Assembly (NCBI GenBank): GCA_027488815.1 | Contig: JAIYAX010000006.1 | Coordinates: 271,332 to 335,331 of the forward strand | DNA from: Cytophagaceae bacterium | GTDB lineage: Bacteria > Bacteroidota > Bacteroidia > Cytophagales > JAIYAX01 | Direction: 5' to 3' | Length of the DNA stretch: 64,000 bases | Shown here: in pieces, positions 9,100 to 19,120 of the stretch | How positions within the stretch are numbered: the first letter of the stretch is position 1 | Layout of the letters: every line of letters begins with the position of its first letter | Position numbers and translations under genes: made by a program | The notes under the pieces: model-generated | Database searches by the model: none | Told to the model about the DNA's origin: nothing | The model's input: the letters and a program-made list of their open reading frames with translations, nothing else

Positions 9100-9921
9100 T
9101 TAATTGTTAAGTTCCTTTAGGTAGTTATCTACCGTGGCGATTACTGAAGGGTCATTTTCTAAAGCCTTTACTCTAGTAAATGCCTTCCGTGCATTGGTTG
9201 AGTTGCCAAGCTCTTGTTCACTCAGGCCCAGGTAAAACCAGGCTTGTACGTCTGATGAGTCTCGAGTGGTCAAGGCTTCAAAGCGCTCAACGGCTTTTTT
9301 GAATTGACCTGATTGCATGGATAGCATACCAAGATTGAATGTCGCCTCTCTGTGGTTTGGCTCTGTAGCCAATACTTCACGAAGCATGGTAATACCGCTC
9401 ATTGGCTGCTCTGTGCTCACCCAGGTCATGGCAGCTTTTGTTTTGAAATCAAGGTATTCTGAAGCGTTCTCCGGTAACTGCTCAAAATACGATCTGACTT
9501 TTTCTGAAAAATACTCCTGATCCTTCTTATCTGTAGCCAGTGTGTAAGCATCGTATGCAGTGGAAATGGCCAAAGAAGTTGATTGGGCTCCTGGAACCTC
9601 TTTAGCGATTTGTTCAGCAAAAAGTAATGCAGAGTCAAAAAACATAGCCTGCTGGTAGGCTTTACAAACTTGTGCTCCAAGCTCCAGTTTTTGTAGGTTT
9701 CCTTCCTTTATGCTTGCAAACTGTACTTTTAACTCATCCAATAGTTTGATCTGATCAGTGCTTGCCTGATGTATTGCTGAACCACTACTGTCTGATGAAG
9801 TGCTGTTACCTGATTGAGGAGAGCTTTCGGAGTCGTTATCTACAACTACTTTGGGTAAGCTATAAAGCAATGCTACCAATACCACTGCTACAGCGATGAT
9901 GATAAGCATTGGCTTTTTCAT
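9100..9921 (-). CDS. Membrane-anchored TPR protein
   Basis: N-terminal TM helix, Ser-rich linker, C-terminal TPRs (EATFNLG...AVERFE...AWFYLG). Confidence 0.8.
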   Translation of the reverse strand: MKKPMLIIIAVAVVLVALLYSLPKVVVDNDSESSPQSGNSTSSDSSGSAIHQASTDQIKLLDELKVQFASIKEGNLQKLELGAQVCKAYQQAMFFDSALLFAEQIAKEVPGAQSTSLAISTAYDAYTLATDKKDQEYFSEKVRSYFEQLPENASEYLDFKTKAAMTWVSTEQPMSGITMLREVLATEPNHREATFNLGMLSMQSGQFKKAVERFEALTTRDSSDVQAWFYLGLSEQELGNSTNARKAFTRVKALENDPSVIATVDNYLKELNN

Positions 9922-9939
9922 GTAGATAACCTTGTTGTG

Positions 9940-10257
9940 CTATTTCTTGACTGAAGCAGTATTTGCTTTTACTACTTTGTCAGAAGACTTTATTTTGCTG
10001 ACAAACACTTTAGCCGGCTTGAAGCTTGGTATGTAGTGCTCATCAATGATTATCGCCGTATTCTTTGAAATGTTACGTGCAACTTTCTTTGCTCTTTTCT
10101 TATTTACAAAACTTCCGAAGCCTCTGATGTAGATATTCTCACCTTTAGACATGGATGTTTTCACTACCTGAAAGAAGGACTCAACAGCTTTTTGAACATC
10201 TCCTTTTTCTATGCCAGTCTTTTCGGCAATCTGTGCGATCACTTCTGCTTTAGTCAC
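9940..10257 (-). CDS. HU/IHF family DNA-binding protein
   Basis: MTKAEVIAQIA...IYIRGFGSF...ARNISKN...PSFKP. Confidence 0.95.
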   Translation of the reverse strand: MTKAEVIAQIAEKTGIEKGDVQKAVESFFQVVKTSMSKGENIYIRGFGSFVNKKRAKKVARNISKNTAIIIDEHYIPSFKPAKVFVSKIKSSDKVVKANTASVKK

Positions 10258-10300
10258 GTTATATAAATTTTAAAGGGGGGTACTTTTTCAAAACAGGGTG

Positions 10301-10308
10301 CAAATATA
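10301..10308 (-). promoter_or_regulatory. -7 element TATATTTG for the HU-TPR-bS22 transcript
   Basis: Exact TAnnTTTG match 43 nt upstream of the HU start. Confidence 0.65.
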
Positions 10309-10345
10309 ACGCATAACAAACAGAATATAAAGGCTTAATCGAAAT

Positions 10346-10353
10346 TAAATTTG
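10346..10353 (+). promoter_or_regulatory. -7 element TAAATTTG for mutY
   Basis: Exact TAnnTTTG match upstream of mutY. Confidence 0.65.
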
Positions 10354-10397
10354 CCTTGATGCCATGTTTTAACGGATACTTGGGGAATAATAAATAA

Positions 10398-11453
10398 ATG
10401 CAAATGTCCTTTTACGATCGGATTACAAAGTGGTATAGCCTGAATTACAGAGAATTACCTTGGAGAACCACCCAGGATCCGTATAAGATCTGGCTTTCTG
10501 AGGTGATCTTGCAACAAACCAGGGTAGAGCAGGGAAGGCCTTATTATCAGCGCTTTATCGAAACATACCCTGATGTCAAAGACCTTGCTCAGGCTCCTGA
10601 AGTGGAGGTTCTCAGGCTATGGCAAGGCCTGGGCTATTACAACCGAGGAAGAAACCTGCATGCAACTGCTAAGCAAATTACTGAGCAATTCGGAGGTCAT
10701 TTTCCAGACAATCGTGAGCAGTTATTGACGCTGAAGGGAATTGGTCCGTATACCTCGGCAGCTATTGCTTCTTTTAGCTTTAAAGAAGCTGTCGTTGTAG
10801 TCGATGGCAATGTGTATCGCCTATTGTCTAGATATCTGGGCATTCATGAGGACATAAAGGCACCCAATTCTTACAAGATTTTTGAAAAGCACGCCCTGAA
10901 CCTGCTTGGCCAAAGACCATCTGCTCCCTTCAATCAGGCGATGATGGAGCTAGGTGGGCAAGTCTGCAAACCAAAACAACCTGACTGTAGCAACTGTCCG
11001 CTCTCCATTGATTGCTATGCATTTCACTCAGGGAAAACGGTAGAGTTACCCATAAAATCAAAAAAACAACCTTCAAAACAGGTGGAGATCAACTACCTGA
11101 TCGTACGAAGTGAAAACCAGATCCTTATGCGCCAACGACCATCAAATGGCATCTGGGCTAAGTTGTTTGATTTCCCGGAAATAGAAGCTTTAGAGCCAAT
11201 GCTAAGCTCTTTTGACGGAGAACGAAGCTTAGTTTTGGAAGGAAAAAGGTTAATCATCCAGAAAAGACCAGAAAAATTCAAGCATTTGCTCAGCCATCGT
11301 ACCTTATCGATCTTGGTTTATCAACTGTATCTTGCAACCAAAGAAAGCCAGACTGCTTTTACTCACCTTGGTAACTTCTATCACCTTGATCAAGTTGACT
11401 CTCTTCCAAAGCCGCAAATCATTCACCGAATTCTTGAGGATCTCATTGAGTAG
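10398..11453 (+). CDS. mutY: A/G-specific adenine glycosylase
   Basis: RELPWR...PYKIWLSEVILQQT, WQGLGYY, LKGIGPYT, VDGNVYR, 4Fe-4S motif, C-terminal NUDIX-like domain. Confidence 0.97.
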   Translation: MQMSFYDRITKWYSLNYRELPWRTTQDPYKIWLSEVILQQTRVEQGRPYYQRFIETYPDVKDLAQAPEVEVLRLWQGLGYYNRGRNLHATAKQITEQFGGHFPDNREQLLTLKGIGPYTSAAIASFSFKEAVVVVDGNVYRLLSRYLGIHEDIKAPNSYKIFEKHALNLLGQRPSAPFNQAMMELGGQVCKPKQPDCSNCPLSIDCYAFHSGKTVELPIKSKKQPSKQVEINYLIVRSENQILMRQRPSNGIWAKLFDFPEIEALEPMLSSFDGERSLVLEGKRLIIQKRPEKFKHLLSHRTLSILVYQLYLATKESQTAFTHLGNFYHLDQVDSLPKPQIIHRILEDLIE

Positions 11454-11674
11454 TTAGTAGAATTGTTTTTACGGTCAATTGATCTTATGGATAGATAGAC
11501 TAGATGGATTCATGAGATTTATGGTCCAATACTTTTCTAAGATTGCTGTTTTCCTTAAAATCAAAATTGTGCTTTAGCACGCTCGAGAAGCTACCTGAAG
11601 CCTTAAAATTTTAATGACACATGGGTTTTTGATTGTAAATGATTTCTTAACTATGGGATTATTAATCACTACGC

Positions 11675-11682
11675 TACCTTTG
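11675..11682 (+). promoter_or_regulatory. -7 element TACCTTTG for the gldE operon
   Basis: Exact TAnnTTTG match 29 nt upstream of the gldE TTG. Confidence 0.7.
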
Positions 11683-11711
11683 CTTTTATAAATCACCTAC
11701 TTAATTAATTC

Positions 11712-13034
11712 TTGGACCCTGATCCTTTTATAGATAGTACCCTTGTCAGCACAGCGGGCAGTTCCTATACCTTTTACATTTTAGGTGGACTTATCATCTT
11801 AGTGCTTCTGAGCATTTCTGCCTTGGTTTCAGCCTCAGAAATCGCTTTGTTCTCATTGAATTCCAAGCAATTGGATGAGTTAAGGCACTCCTCTGAAACC
11901 AGAGATGAAAAATTACTCAATCTCCTTTCCAAGCCCAGGTATTTGTTATCTACGATATTGATTTGGAACAATCTGGTCAATGTCGGCATCGTCACCACAA
12001 GTACCTTTATCACCTGGGAAGCCACCGGAACAAAGGATAATGAAGGGATTACAGTGCTGGTACTTACCTTTTTGGTAACCACCGTAATTGTCTTCTTTGG
12101 GGAAATCACCCCGAAAACCTATGCCTACAAAATCAACCTTCCCTTTGCCAGATTTATAAGCCCTTATCTGACAATCGCATTAAAAATTATGAAGCCTGTT
12201 AGTTGGCTATTGGTGAATACTTCCTCTCTGATCGAAAAGCGAATTCAAAGAAAAGGGTACCGAGTATCCGTTGATGAGCTAAATCATGCTTTGGAAATCA
12301 CTTCGGGAAAGGATACATCCAAAGAAGAAAAGGAGATTTTAAAGGGCATCGTAAACTTCGGAACGATTTCGGTCAAGCAAATTATGCGAAGCCGACAGGA
12401 GATTCTTGCGATTGATTTTGAGTTAGGATATATCGAGCTGATCAAAAAGGTAAATGAATATGGATACAGCCGTATGCCCGTATTCAAAGACACAATCGAT
12501 ACGATCGAGGGAATTATCTACATCAAAGACTTGCTTCCCTACCTGAATGAGTCGGACACCTTTGACTGGAAAAGTCTGATACGACCCTGTTACTTTATTC
12601 CTGAAAGCAAGAAAATTGACGATCTTCTGAAAGACTTTCAGGAGAAGAGAGTTCATTTGGCCATTGTGGTTGATGAGTACGGAGGAACTTCCGGATTAAT
12701 CACCCTGGAAGACATCATCGAAGAAATCGTTGGGGAAATTCATGATGAGTTTGATGAACGAGAGTTGCTTAAATACTCAAAACTGGATGAAAGAACATAC
12801 ATTTTCGAAGCAAAAACCTTGCTTTCAGATGTTTGTGAAGTTGTAGGCTTTATGGAAGACCGGTTTGATCCGGTACGAGGTGAGGCCGAGTCGCTTGGTG
12901 GTTTGATGCTGGAATTGTTTCAGCGTTTCCCAAAAGTTGGAGACCGGTTTATGCTTGAGGATGTCACTTTTACCATAGTATCCGTTGAGCAAAAGAAAAT
13001 CAATAAGATAAAGCTGGAGTTAAAAACCGTATGA
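11712..13034 (+). CDS. gldE: Gliding motility-associated protein GldE (CNNM/DUF21 + CBS + CorC domains)
   Basis: SASEIALFSL, FGEITPK, SRMPV, VVDEYGGTSGLITLEDIIEEIVGEI. Directly upstream of gldD. Confidence 0.92.
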   Translation: MDPDPFIDSTLVSTAGSSYTFYILGGLIILVLLSISALVSASEIALFSLNSKQLDELRHSSETRDEKLLNLLSKPRYLLSTILIWNNLVNVGIVTTSTFITWEATGTKDNEGITVLVLTFLVTTVIVFFGEITPKTYAYKINLPFARFISPYLTIALKIMKPVSWLLVNTSSLIEKRIQRKGYRVSVDELNHALEITSGKDTSKEEKEILKGIVNFGTISVKQIMRSRQEILAIDFELGYIELIKKVNEYGYSRMPVFKDTIDTIEGIIYIKDLLPYLNESDTFDWKSLIRPCYFIPESKKIDDLLKDFQEKRVHLAIVVDEYGGTSGLITLEDIIEEIVGEIHDEFDERELLKYSKLDERTYIFEAKTLLSDVCEVVGFMEDRFDPVRGEAESLGGLMLELFQRFPKVGDRFMLEDVTFTIVSVEQKKINKIKLELKTV

Positions 13035-13627
13035 GGGTCTCCGATTTAAACTCATTGTACCTGGCTGTCTTTTGTTTTGCTTTATACTCATGCTCAAATA
13101 ACGGCAGTCCCAAACCAAGAGGTTACAATCGAATTGATCTTCCCAAGGCGGAATACCAGACGCTACAATTTGCCGATTTTCCTTATTCGTTTGAATATTC
13201 AGCTTATGCCAGAGCAAGTCTGGATACCCAGGGATTTTTTGAGTCGTACTGGATCAATTTGCTTTATCCTCAAATGGGTGCCAATATTCAATTAACCTAT
13301 TATCCGCTTAAGAAAAACCGGGAACTGTTTTATGAGTTGCTCAATGACACATACACTTTAACCAATAAGCATCAGATCAAGGCTTCAGCTATAGAACAAT
13401 TGAGCATGGTTAACCCAAAAGGGCATAGTGCCAGGTTATTTTTATTGAAGGGTGAAGTGCCCAGCCAGGTGCAGTTTTTTATAACTGACTCCACAAATCA
13501 TTTTTTAAGAGGTGCCTTGTACTTCAAAACCGCAACCAAAAATGACTCGTTGGCACCTGTGATTGATTTCATCCAGGCGGATATTGTGCATATGATACAA
13601 ACCACTGACTGGAAAAAGGCCAACTAG
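13031..13627 (+). CDS. gldD: Gliding motility lipoprotein GldD
   Basis: Lipobox YSC, PKPRGYNRIDLP, QFFITDSTNHFLRGALYF, NDSLAPVIDFI. Confidence 0.95.
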   Translation: MRVSDLNSLYLAVFCFALYSCSNNGSPKPRGYNRIDLPKAEYQTLQFADFPYSFEYSAYARASLDTQGFFESYWINLLYPQMGANIQLTYYPLKKNRELFYELLNDTYTLTNKHQIKASAIEQLSMVNPKGHSARLFLLKGEVPSQVQFFITDSTNHFLRGALYFKTATKNDSLAPVIDFIQADIVHMIQTTDWKKAN

Positions 13628-13635
13628 TCGCACTT

Positions 13636-15735
13636 TTGATGGTTGAGTCTGTTTTACAAACACCCATTGAGTTTTTAAAAGGAGTAGGGCCATCCCGGGC
13701 AGCATTACTCACCAAGGAAACCGGAATAAGGACTTTCCGGGATTTGCTGTATTACTTTCCATTCCGTTATGAGGATCGTACCCGACTTTTCCCGATTTCC
13801 TCCATTCATGAGGACATGCCCAGTGTTCAGTTGATTGGCTGGTTCCATGATTTACGATTCGAAGGGCAAGGATTAAAAAAGAGACTGATTGGGTACTTCA
13901 GCGATGAAACAGGAATGGTTGAAGTGGTTTGGTTTTCAGGAATTCAATATTGGTCAAAGCAAATACAGGCCGGTAAAAAATACCTGCTGTTTGGCAAACC
14001 GGCTTTGTTTAAAAACAGTCTTAGCATTGCTCACCCTGAATTTGAGCTTTATGATAATCAGAAACCACCAGAATTGGCCTTAAGTCCGGTATATCGGTCT
14101 TCATTGGAGCTTAAGAAAAGCCGCATCAGTAACAAGATGATCTCTAACATGCTGAGGCAATTGTTACAAAACATAAAAAGCCATTTACCTGAAAGCTTGC
14201 CGGACTATCTGATCCGAAAAAACCAATTGGTCGGTCGATATAACTCATTTTGGTATTTACATTTTCCTGCAAATCAGTCTGAGTTAGCCAAAGGCTTGCA
14301 GAGGCAGAAGTATGAAGAAATCTTTTACGCTCAGCTAAAAGCACTTATGCTCAGAACTAAGCGTCGAAGCGAAAACAAAGGATTTGTGTTTACGCACACA
14401 ACCTCTTTGAAAGAATTTTATGTCAATCATCTTCCTTTTGAACTTACCTCAGCTCAAAAACGTGTGATCAAAGAAATCCATCAGGATCTTCGATCTGGAT
14501 TGCAAATGAATCGGTTGTTGCAAGGCGATGTGGGAAGCGGAAAGACCATGGTTGCTTTTTGCAGCATTTTACTTGCACAAAGTAACGGATATCAGTCTTG
14601 TATCATGGCGCCTACAGAGATACTCGCTGAGCAGCATTTTAAAACCCTTTCTGTTTTTTGTGAGCAAATGGGTTTAACAATCGGATTACTTACCGGCTCA
14701 ACAAAAAAGGCGGAAAGACAAAAATTGTTGGCGATGCTTGAAGAGGGTGCCTGTAGGGTAATGGTCGGCACCCATGCCTTGCTCGAAGACCCGGTAGTGT
14801 TTCATTCGCTTGGCCTTTGTATTATCGATGAGCAACACAAATTTGGTGTTGCACAAAGAGCCAGACTATGGAAAAAAAGCCATCCTTATGAACCACATAT
14901 TTTAGTAATGACAGCAACTCCAATCCCTCGCACGTTGGCAATGACCGTTTATGGTGACCTGGATGTGTCTGTCATTGATGAACTGCCTTTGGGTCGAAAG
15001 CCGATTATTACCGTGCTGCGCTTTGATCCCGAAATTCAAAAGGTGTTTGGTTTTGTTAAGGAGCAGCTGGCAATAGGACGACAAGCCTATATTGTCTACC
15101 CTCTCATAGAAGAGTCAGAAAGTCTGGACCTGAAGAACCTAATGGAAGGATATGAGGAAATGAAGAAAGTGTTTAAAGAGTACTCTTTAGCAATGGTTCA
15201 TGGCAGGATGAAATCAAATGAGAAAGAAAAAGAAATGACGAGGTTTTCTTCAAATGAAGCTCAGGTGCTGGTGTCAACTACTGTAGTTGAAGTGGGGGTG
15301 AATGTCGCAAATGCAAGCATAATGTTGATCCAGAATGCTGAACGCTTTGGACTTGCCCAACTCCATCAACTAAGAGGTAGAGTTGGCAGAGGATCAGATC
15401 AGTCTTATTGTATTCTCATGGCTCAAGTGAAGGCAAGCGAAGACAGTAAAAAGCGACTCAAATTGCTTTGTAGCACCAATGATGGGTTTAAAATTGCTCA
15501 GGAAGACTTAAGTTTGAGAGGGCCAGGTGATGTCCTGGGTACTTTGCAAAGTGGCTTGCCTGACTTTAAACTGACTGACTTTTCAGCTGATGTTTCCTTA
15601 TTTTCAAGTATACGCAGCGAAGTGGAAGTGCTTCTTGAACATGATCCTCAGCTTCGTTCATCTGAACATCAACCCATTTTAGATTGTCTTCAAAAAGAAA
15701 CTGCCTATCCAATGGACTGGGCGAAAATAAGTTGA
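13636..15735 (+). CDS. recG: ATP-dependent DNA helicase RecG
   Basis: OB wedge domain, QGDVGSGKT, DEQH, MTATPIPRT, AERFGLAQLHQLRGRVGRG. Confidence 0.97.
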   Translation: MMVESVLQTPIEFLKGVGPSRAALLTKETGIRTFRDLLYYFPFRYEDRTRLFPISSIHEDMPSVQLIGWFHDLRFEGQGLKKRLIGYFSDETGMVEVVWFSGIQYWSKQIQAGKKYLLFGKPALFKNSLSIAHPEFELYDNQKPPELALSPVYRSSLELKKSRISNKMISNMLRQLLQNIKSHLPESLPDYLIRKNQLVGRYNSFWYLHFPANQSELAKGLQRQKYEEIFYAQLKALMLRTKRRSENKGFVFTHTTSLKEFYVNHLPFELTSAQKRVIKEIHQDLRSGLQMNRLLQGDVGSGKTMVAFCSILLAQSNGYQSCIMAPTEILAEQHFKTLSVFCEQMGLTIGLLTGSTKKAERQKLLAMLEEGACRVMVGTHALLEDPVVFHSLGLCIIDEQHKFGVAQRARLWKKSHPYEPHILVMTATPIPRTLAMTVYGDLDVSVIDELPLGRKPIITVLRFDPEIQKVFGFVKEQLAIGRQAYIVYPLIEESESLDLKNLMEGYEEMKKVFKEYSLAMVHGRMKSNEKEKEMTRFSSNEAQVLVSTTVVEVGVNVANASIMLIQNAERFGLAQLHQLRGRVGRGSDQSYCILMAQVKASEDSKKRLKLLCSTNDGFKIAQEDLSLRGPGDVLGTLQSGLPDFKLTDFSADVSLFSSIRSEVEVLLEHDPQLRSSEHQPILDCLQKETAYPMDWAKIS

Positions 15736-15737
15736 GA

Positions 15738-17621
15738 ATGAATAAAAAGAATTACTATTTGCTGGCTTGTATTTGGTTATTATTCCTTTTGATCACAAAC
15801 CTGTTTAGCTGTCAGAATAAGAAAAAAAGCATGGCAAAAAATGATGTTTGGCAAGACCCTCATTCCTATTCTAATCACCAGGAAGTAAGGGTTCGCCACC
15901 TTGATCTTAATCTGGAAATTGATTTTGAACGAAGAATTCTCTCAGGAGAGGTTATGTTACACTTAGACTATTTAAAGTCAACAGATAGTCTTGTGTTAGA
16001 TGGCTCTGATTTGAAGATTCAATATGTTACTGACGATAATAACAAGCCTCTTTCATTTGTGGTATCAAGCCCATCGGCGGTAAAAGGGCAACGAATTGCC
16101 ATCGGTCTTTCCGGTAAGGAAACAAAATGGGTTAAAGTAAAATACCAAACTTCTCCTGATGCTGAAGCACTTCAATGGATACCTGCGGCTCAAACTGCCG
16201 GGAAAAAGCATCCCTATATGTTTTCTCAGTCCCAGGCGATACTTGCCCGCAGCTGGGTTCCAATTCAGGATTGCCCTATTGTACGTTTTACCTATACCGC
16301 CAGAATAAAAACTGATCCCAAACTGCTGGTGTTGATGAGTGCATCGGGCAATTCTGGCTCAAAAAACGATTCAGGAGTTTATTCCTTTGAGATGCGATCT
16401 GCTATCCCCTCTTATTTAATGGCAATCGCTGCTGGTGATCTTAGTTTTAGTAGCATTTCAGATCGCTGCGGCATTTACGCAGAACCTGTTTCACTTAGCA
16501 AATCGGTAAATGAGTTTGCTGAGTTGGAAAAAATGGTTGTTGCTGCCGAGGCACTTTTCGGTCCTTACCGATGGGGCCGATATGATCTTCTGGTTTTACC
16601 ACCATCTTTTCCTTTTGGAGGAATGGAGAACCCAAGACTTACATTTCTTACCCCAAGTGTGATCGTAGGAGACAGGTCATTAACCAGTCTGGTGGCTCAT
16701 GAATTAGCTCATAGCTGGAGCGGAAATCTTGTAACCAATGCCTCATGGAATGACTTCTGGCTAAATGAAGGGTTTACGGTCTATTGTGAACGCAGGATTA
16801 TGGAGGAGCTATATGGAAAAGATTTCTCCGATATGCTTGAAGTCCTGGGTTATCAGGATTTAAAATCTGAACTAAGTGACCTTAAAGAACAGCCTCGTGA
16901 CACCTGGCTTTATCTAAACCTTGAAGAACGCAATCCGGACGATGGAATGAACGATATCGCTTATGAAAAAGGGTACTTTTTATTGAAACATATCGAAGCG
17001 CATGTAGGAAGGGTACAATTTGACACATTCCTTAATCATTATTTTGATCGTTTTGCCTTTCAATCGGTTACAACTGAGGAATTTATTGAAACAGTGTTTG
17101 AAAAGATTTGCAAGGGTGATAGCAGCAAGCTGAAAGAACTGGAGTTGGAGCATTGGATTTATACTCCAGGATTGCCGGGTGATTTTGATGAACCGACTTC
17201 AACCTTACTTACTAAGGCTGAGAACAATGCAAAAGAGTTTTTAAATGGTTCATTGGATCCGGCTGCTTTAAAGATGTTTCATCCATTTCAGCACATTCGG
17301 TTCTTGCAATCCTTGGACTCAAAAATGGATAGCTCCGGATTTGATCGTTTGGAAAAGTTGTATCCCTACAGTCAATCACAAAATCCGGAAATACTTACCG
17401 CCTGGCTCATGTCTTCGCTTTCCGTCGGATACCATAAAGCATTTTATCCGGCTAAAAACCTGCTCATGACTACCGGCAGACGAAAGTTTCTAGTGCCCGT
17501 CTACAAAGCATTGTTATCAACCGAACAAGGAAAGATCATTGCAGTTTCTACTTATATAGAGGCTCGAAATGGCTACCATTCTGTAGCCGTATCCACTTTG
17601 GATAAGCTTCTACATCCTTAA
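15738..17621 (+). CDS. M1 family Zn aminopeptidase (LTA4H-like), predicted lipoprotein
   Basis: GGMEN, HELAH-x18-E, YEKG. The likely start MNKKNYY at 15738 gives a signal peptide ending LFSC. Confidence 0.93.
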   Translation: MNKKNYYLLACIWLLFLLITNLFSCQNKKKSMAKNDVWQDPHSYSNHQEVRVRHLDLNLEIDFERRILSGEVMLHLDYLKSTDSLVLDGSDLKIQYVTDDNNKPLSFVVSSPSAVKGQRIAIGLSGKETKWVKVKYQTSPDAEALQWIPAAQTAGKKHPYMFSQSQAILARSWVPIQDCPIVRFTYTARIKTDPKLLVLMSASGNSGSKNDSGVYSFEMRSAIPSYLMAIAAGDLSFSSISDRCGIYAEPVSLSKSVNEFAELEKMVVAAEALFGPYRWGRYDLLVLPPSFPFGGMENPRLTFLTPSVIVGDRSLTSLVAHELAHSWSGNLVTNASWNDFWLNEGFTVYCERRIMEELYGKDFSDMLEVLGYQDLKSELSDLKEQPRDTWLYLNLEERNPDDGMNDIAYEKGYFLLKHIEAHVGRVQFDTFLNHYFDRFAFQSVTTEEFIETVFEKICKGDSSKLKELELEHWIYTPGLPGDFDEPTSTLLTKAENNAKEFLNGSLDPAALKMFHPFQHIRFLQSLDSKMDSSGFDRLEKLYPYSQSQNPEILTAWLMSSLSVGYHKAFYPAKNLLMTTGRRKFLVPVYKALLSTEQGKIIAVSTYIEARNGYHSVAVSTLDKLLHP

Positions 17622-17634
17622 TGACTTTGACTAA

Positions 17635-19086
17635 ATGACCATCACCTTTTGCGGTGCTGCCAGGCAGGTAACCGGTAGTATGTATTTGCTCGAATTTGAA
17701 AATGGCTATCGGTTATTAGTTGACTGTGGGCTTGACATGGAAAAAAGGCGCTCAAAAAATGTGAAAACAGAGCCTGATCTTTCAGCATTACCCAACTCAC
17801 TATTTCCATTTGAGGCCTCCGGAATCTATGCAGTAGTACTTACCCATGCTCATCTGGATCATACAGGCATGATTCCTAATCTGGTTCGTGAAGGATTTGA
17901 AGGTACCATTTATTGTACTGAACCAACTCTGGCCTTGACAGAAATCCTCCTGTATGATAGTGCCTCGATCAATAAATCTAAACTGGCAGCAAAGCAAACA
18001 GCTTACTTAAGTAAAAAGAACCGTAAAGGATTTAGTCCGAAAACGCCTGATCAAAGTGGCTTGTTTTTGCAGGACCATGTAGATGAAAGTTTGCCCCTTT
18101 TCAGAACTGTGGCCTTTGGTCAATCGGTAAAGTTATCGGATGGCCTCAAGTTTACTTTTCTGAAAGCCGGGCACTTGTTGGGAGCGGCTCATATCGTGAT
18201 CACTTTTGTTGAAGATGGAAATGAAAAAAGGATCGGTTTCTCTGGAGATTTAGGCAGGTATAATTACCCGTTATTACAAGACCCCGAGCCACTGCCTGAA
18301 TTGGACTATTTGGTTTGTGAAGGAACTTACGGTAACAGACTGCATGTAAAACCCAATGGCCCGGAAGAACAGCTTGAAGAGATCATCAAAAGAACCTGTC
18401 TGGATAAGCCTGGGCGATTAATCATCCCAGCCTTTAGTGTAGGGCGAACACAGGCTTTACTTTACACCTTAAAGCGGCTTTACGAACAAGATCGCTTACC
18501 TCGAATTAAAGTGTTTTCTGATAGTCCTATGGCCATGAGTTCTACCTTGGTCTATCAAAAATATGTGAATTGGTTGAATGCTGAGGCAAGAAGCTTTTAT
18601 AAAGAAACTGATCACCTTTTTGACTTTGAGTATCTTCAATACATTCATGACGCAAAAAGGAGCAAAGAGCTGTCAAACCATAATGAACCTTGCATCATCA
18701 TCTCCTCTTCAGGTATGATGAGTGGAGGTAGGGTTGAGTATCATATCAGGCAAAATCTGCAAAACGCATTTGCTACCATACTTATCATTGGATACTGTGC
18801 AGAGGGTACGCTTGGTCATCAGTTGATCAGTGGCAAAAAGTATTTCTATGATGATGACAAGCGGGTAGATATCCATGCTGAAGTTGTTCAAACAGATGTG
18901 TTTAGTGGTCATGGAGACTTGAATGACCTGATAAAATTCATTAAACATCAACCGAAGGATAAGCTAAAACAATTGTTTTTGACCCATGGTGACGAGCAAA
19001 GCCTGGAAGCCTTTTCTGAATTTATCCGGCAAGAGCATTTTTCACATGTTCATGTTCCCTCGAAAGGACAAGTTTTTGAACTATAA
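17635..19086 (+). CDS. MBL-fold beta-CASP metallohydrolase (RNA-processing type)
   Basis: VTGS, VDCG, THAHLDHTG, AGHLLG, SGDLG, PAFSVGR, FSGHGD. Confidence 0.92.
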   Translation: MTITFCGAARQVTGSMYLLEFENGYRLLVDCGLDMEKRRSKNVKTEPDLSALPNSLFPFEASGIYAVVLTHAHLDHTGMIPNLVREGFEGTIYCTEPTLALTEILLYDSASINKSKLAAKQTAYLSKKNRKGFSPKTPDQSGLFLQDHVDESLPLFRTVAFGQSVKLSDGLKFTFLKAGHLLGAAHIVITFVEDGNEKRIGFSGDLGRYNYPLLQDPEPLPELDYLVCEGTYGNRLHVKPNGPEEQLEEIIKRTCLDKPGRLIIPAFSVGRTQALLYTLKRLYEQDRLPRIKVFSDSPMAMSSTLVYQKYVNWLNAEARSFYKETDHLFDFEYLQYIHDAKRSKELSNHNEPCIIISSSGMMSGGRVEYHIRQNLQNAFATILIIGYCAEGTLGHQLISGKKYFYDDDKRVDIHAEVVQTDVFSGHGDLNDLIKFIKHQPKDKLKQLFLTHGDEQSLEAFSEFIRQEHFSHVHVPSKGQVFEL

Positions 19087-19120
19087 TCAAACTATCAGAG
19101 CGCATAGGGGTTGTTGAAGC

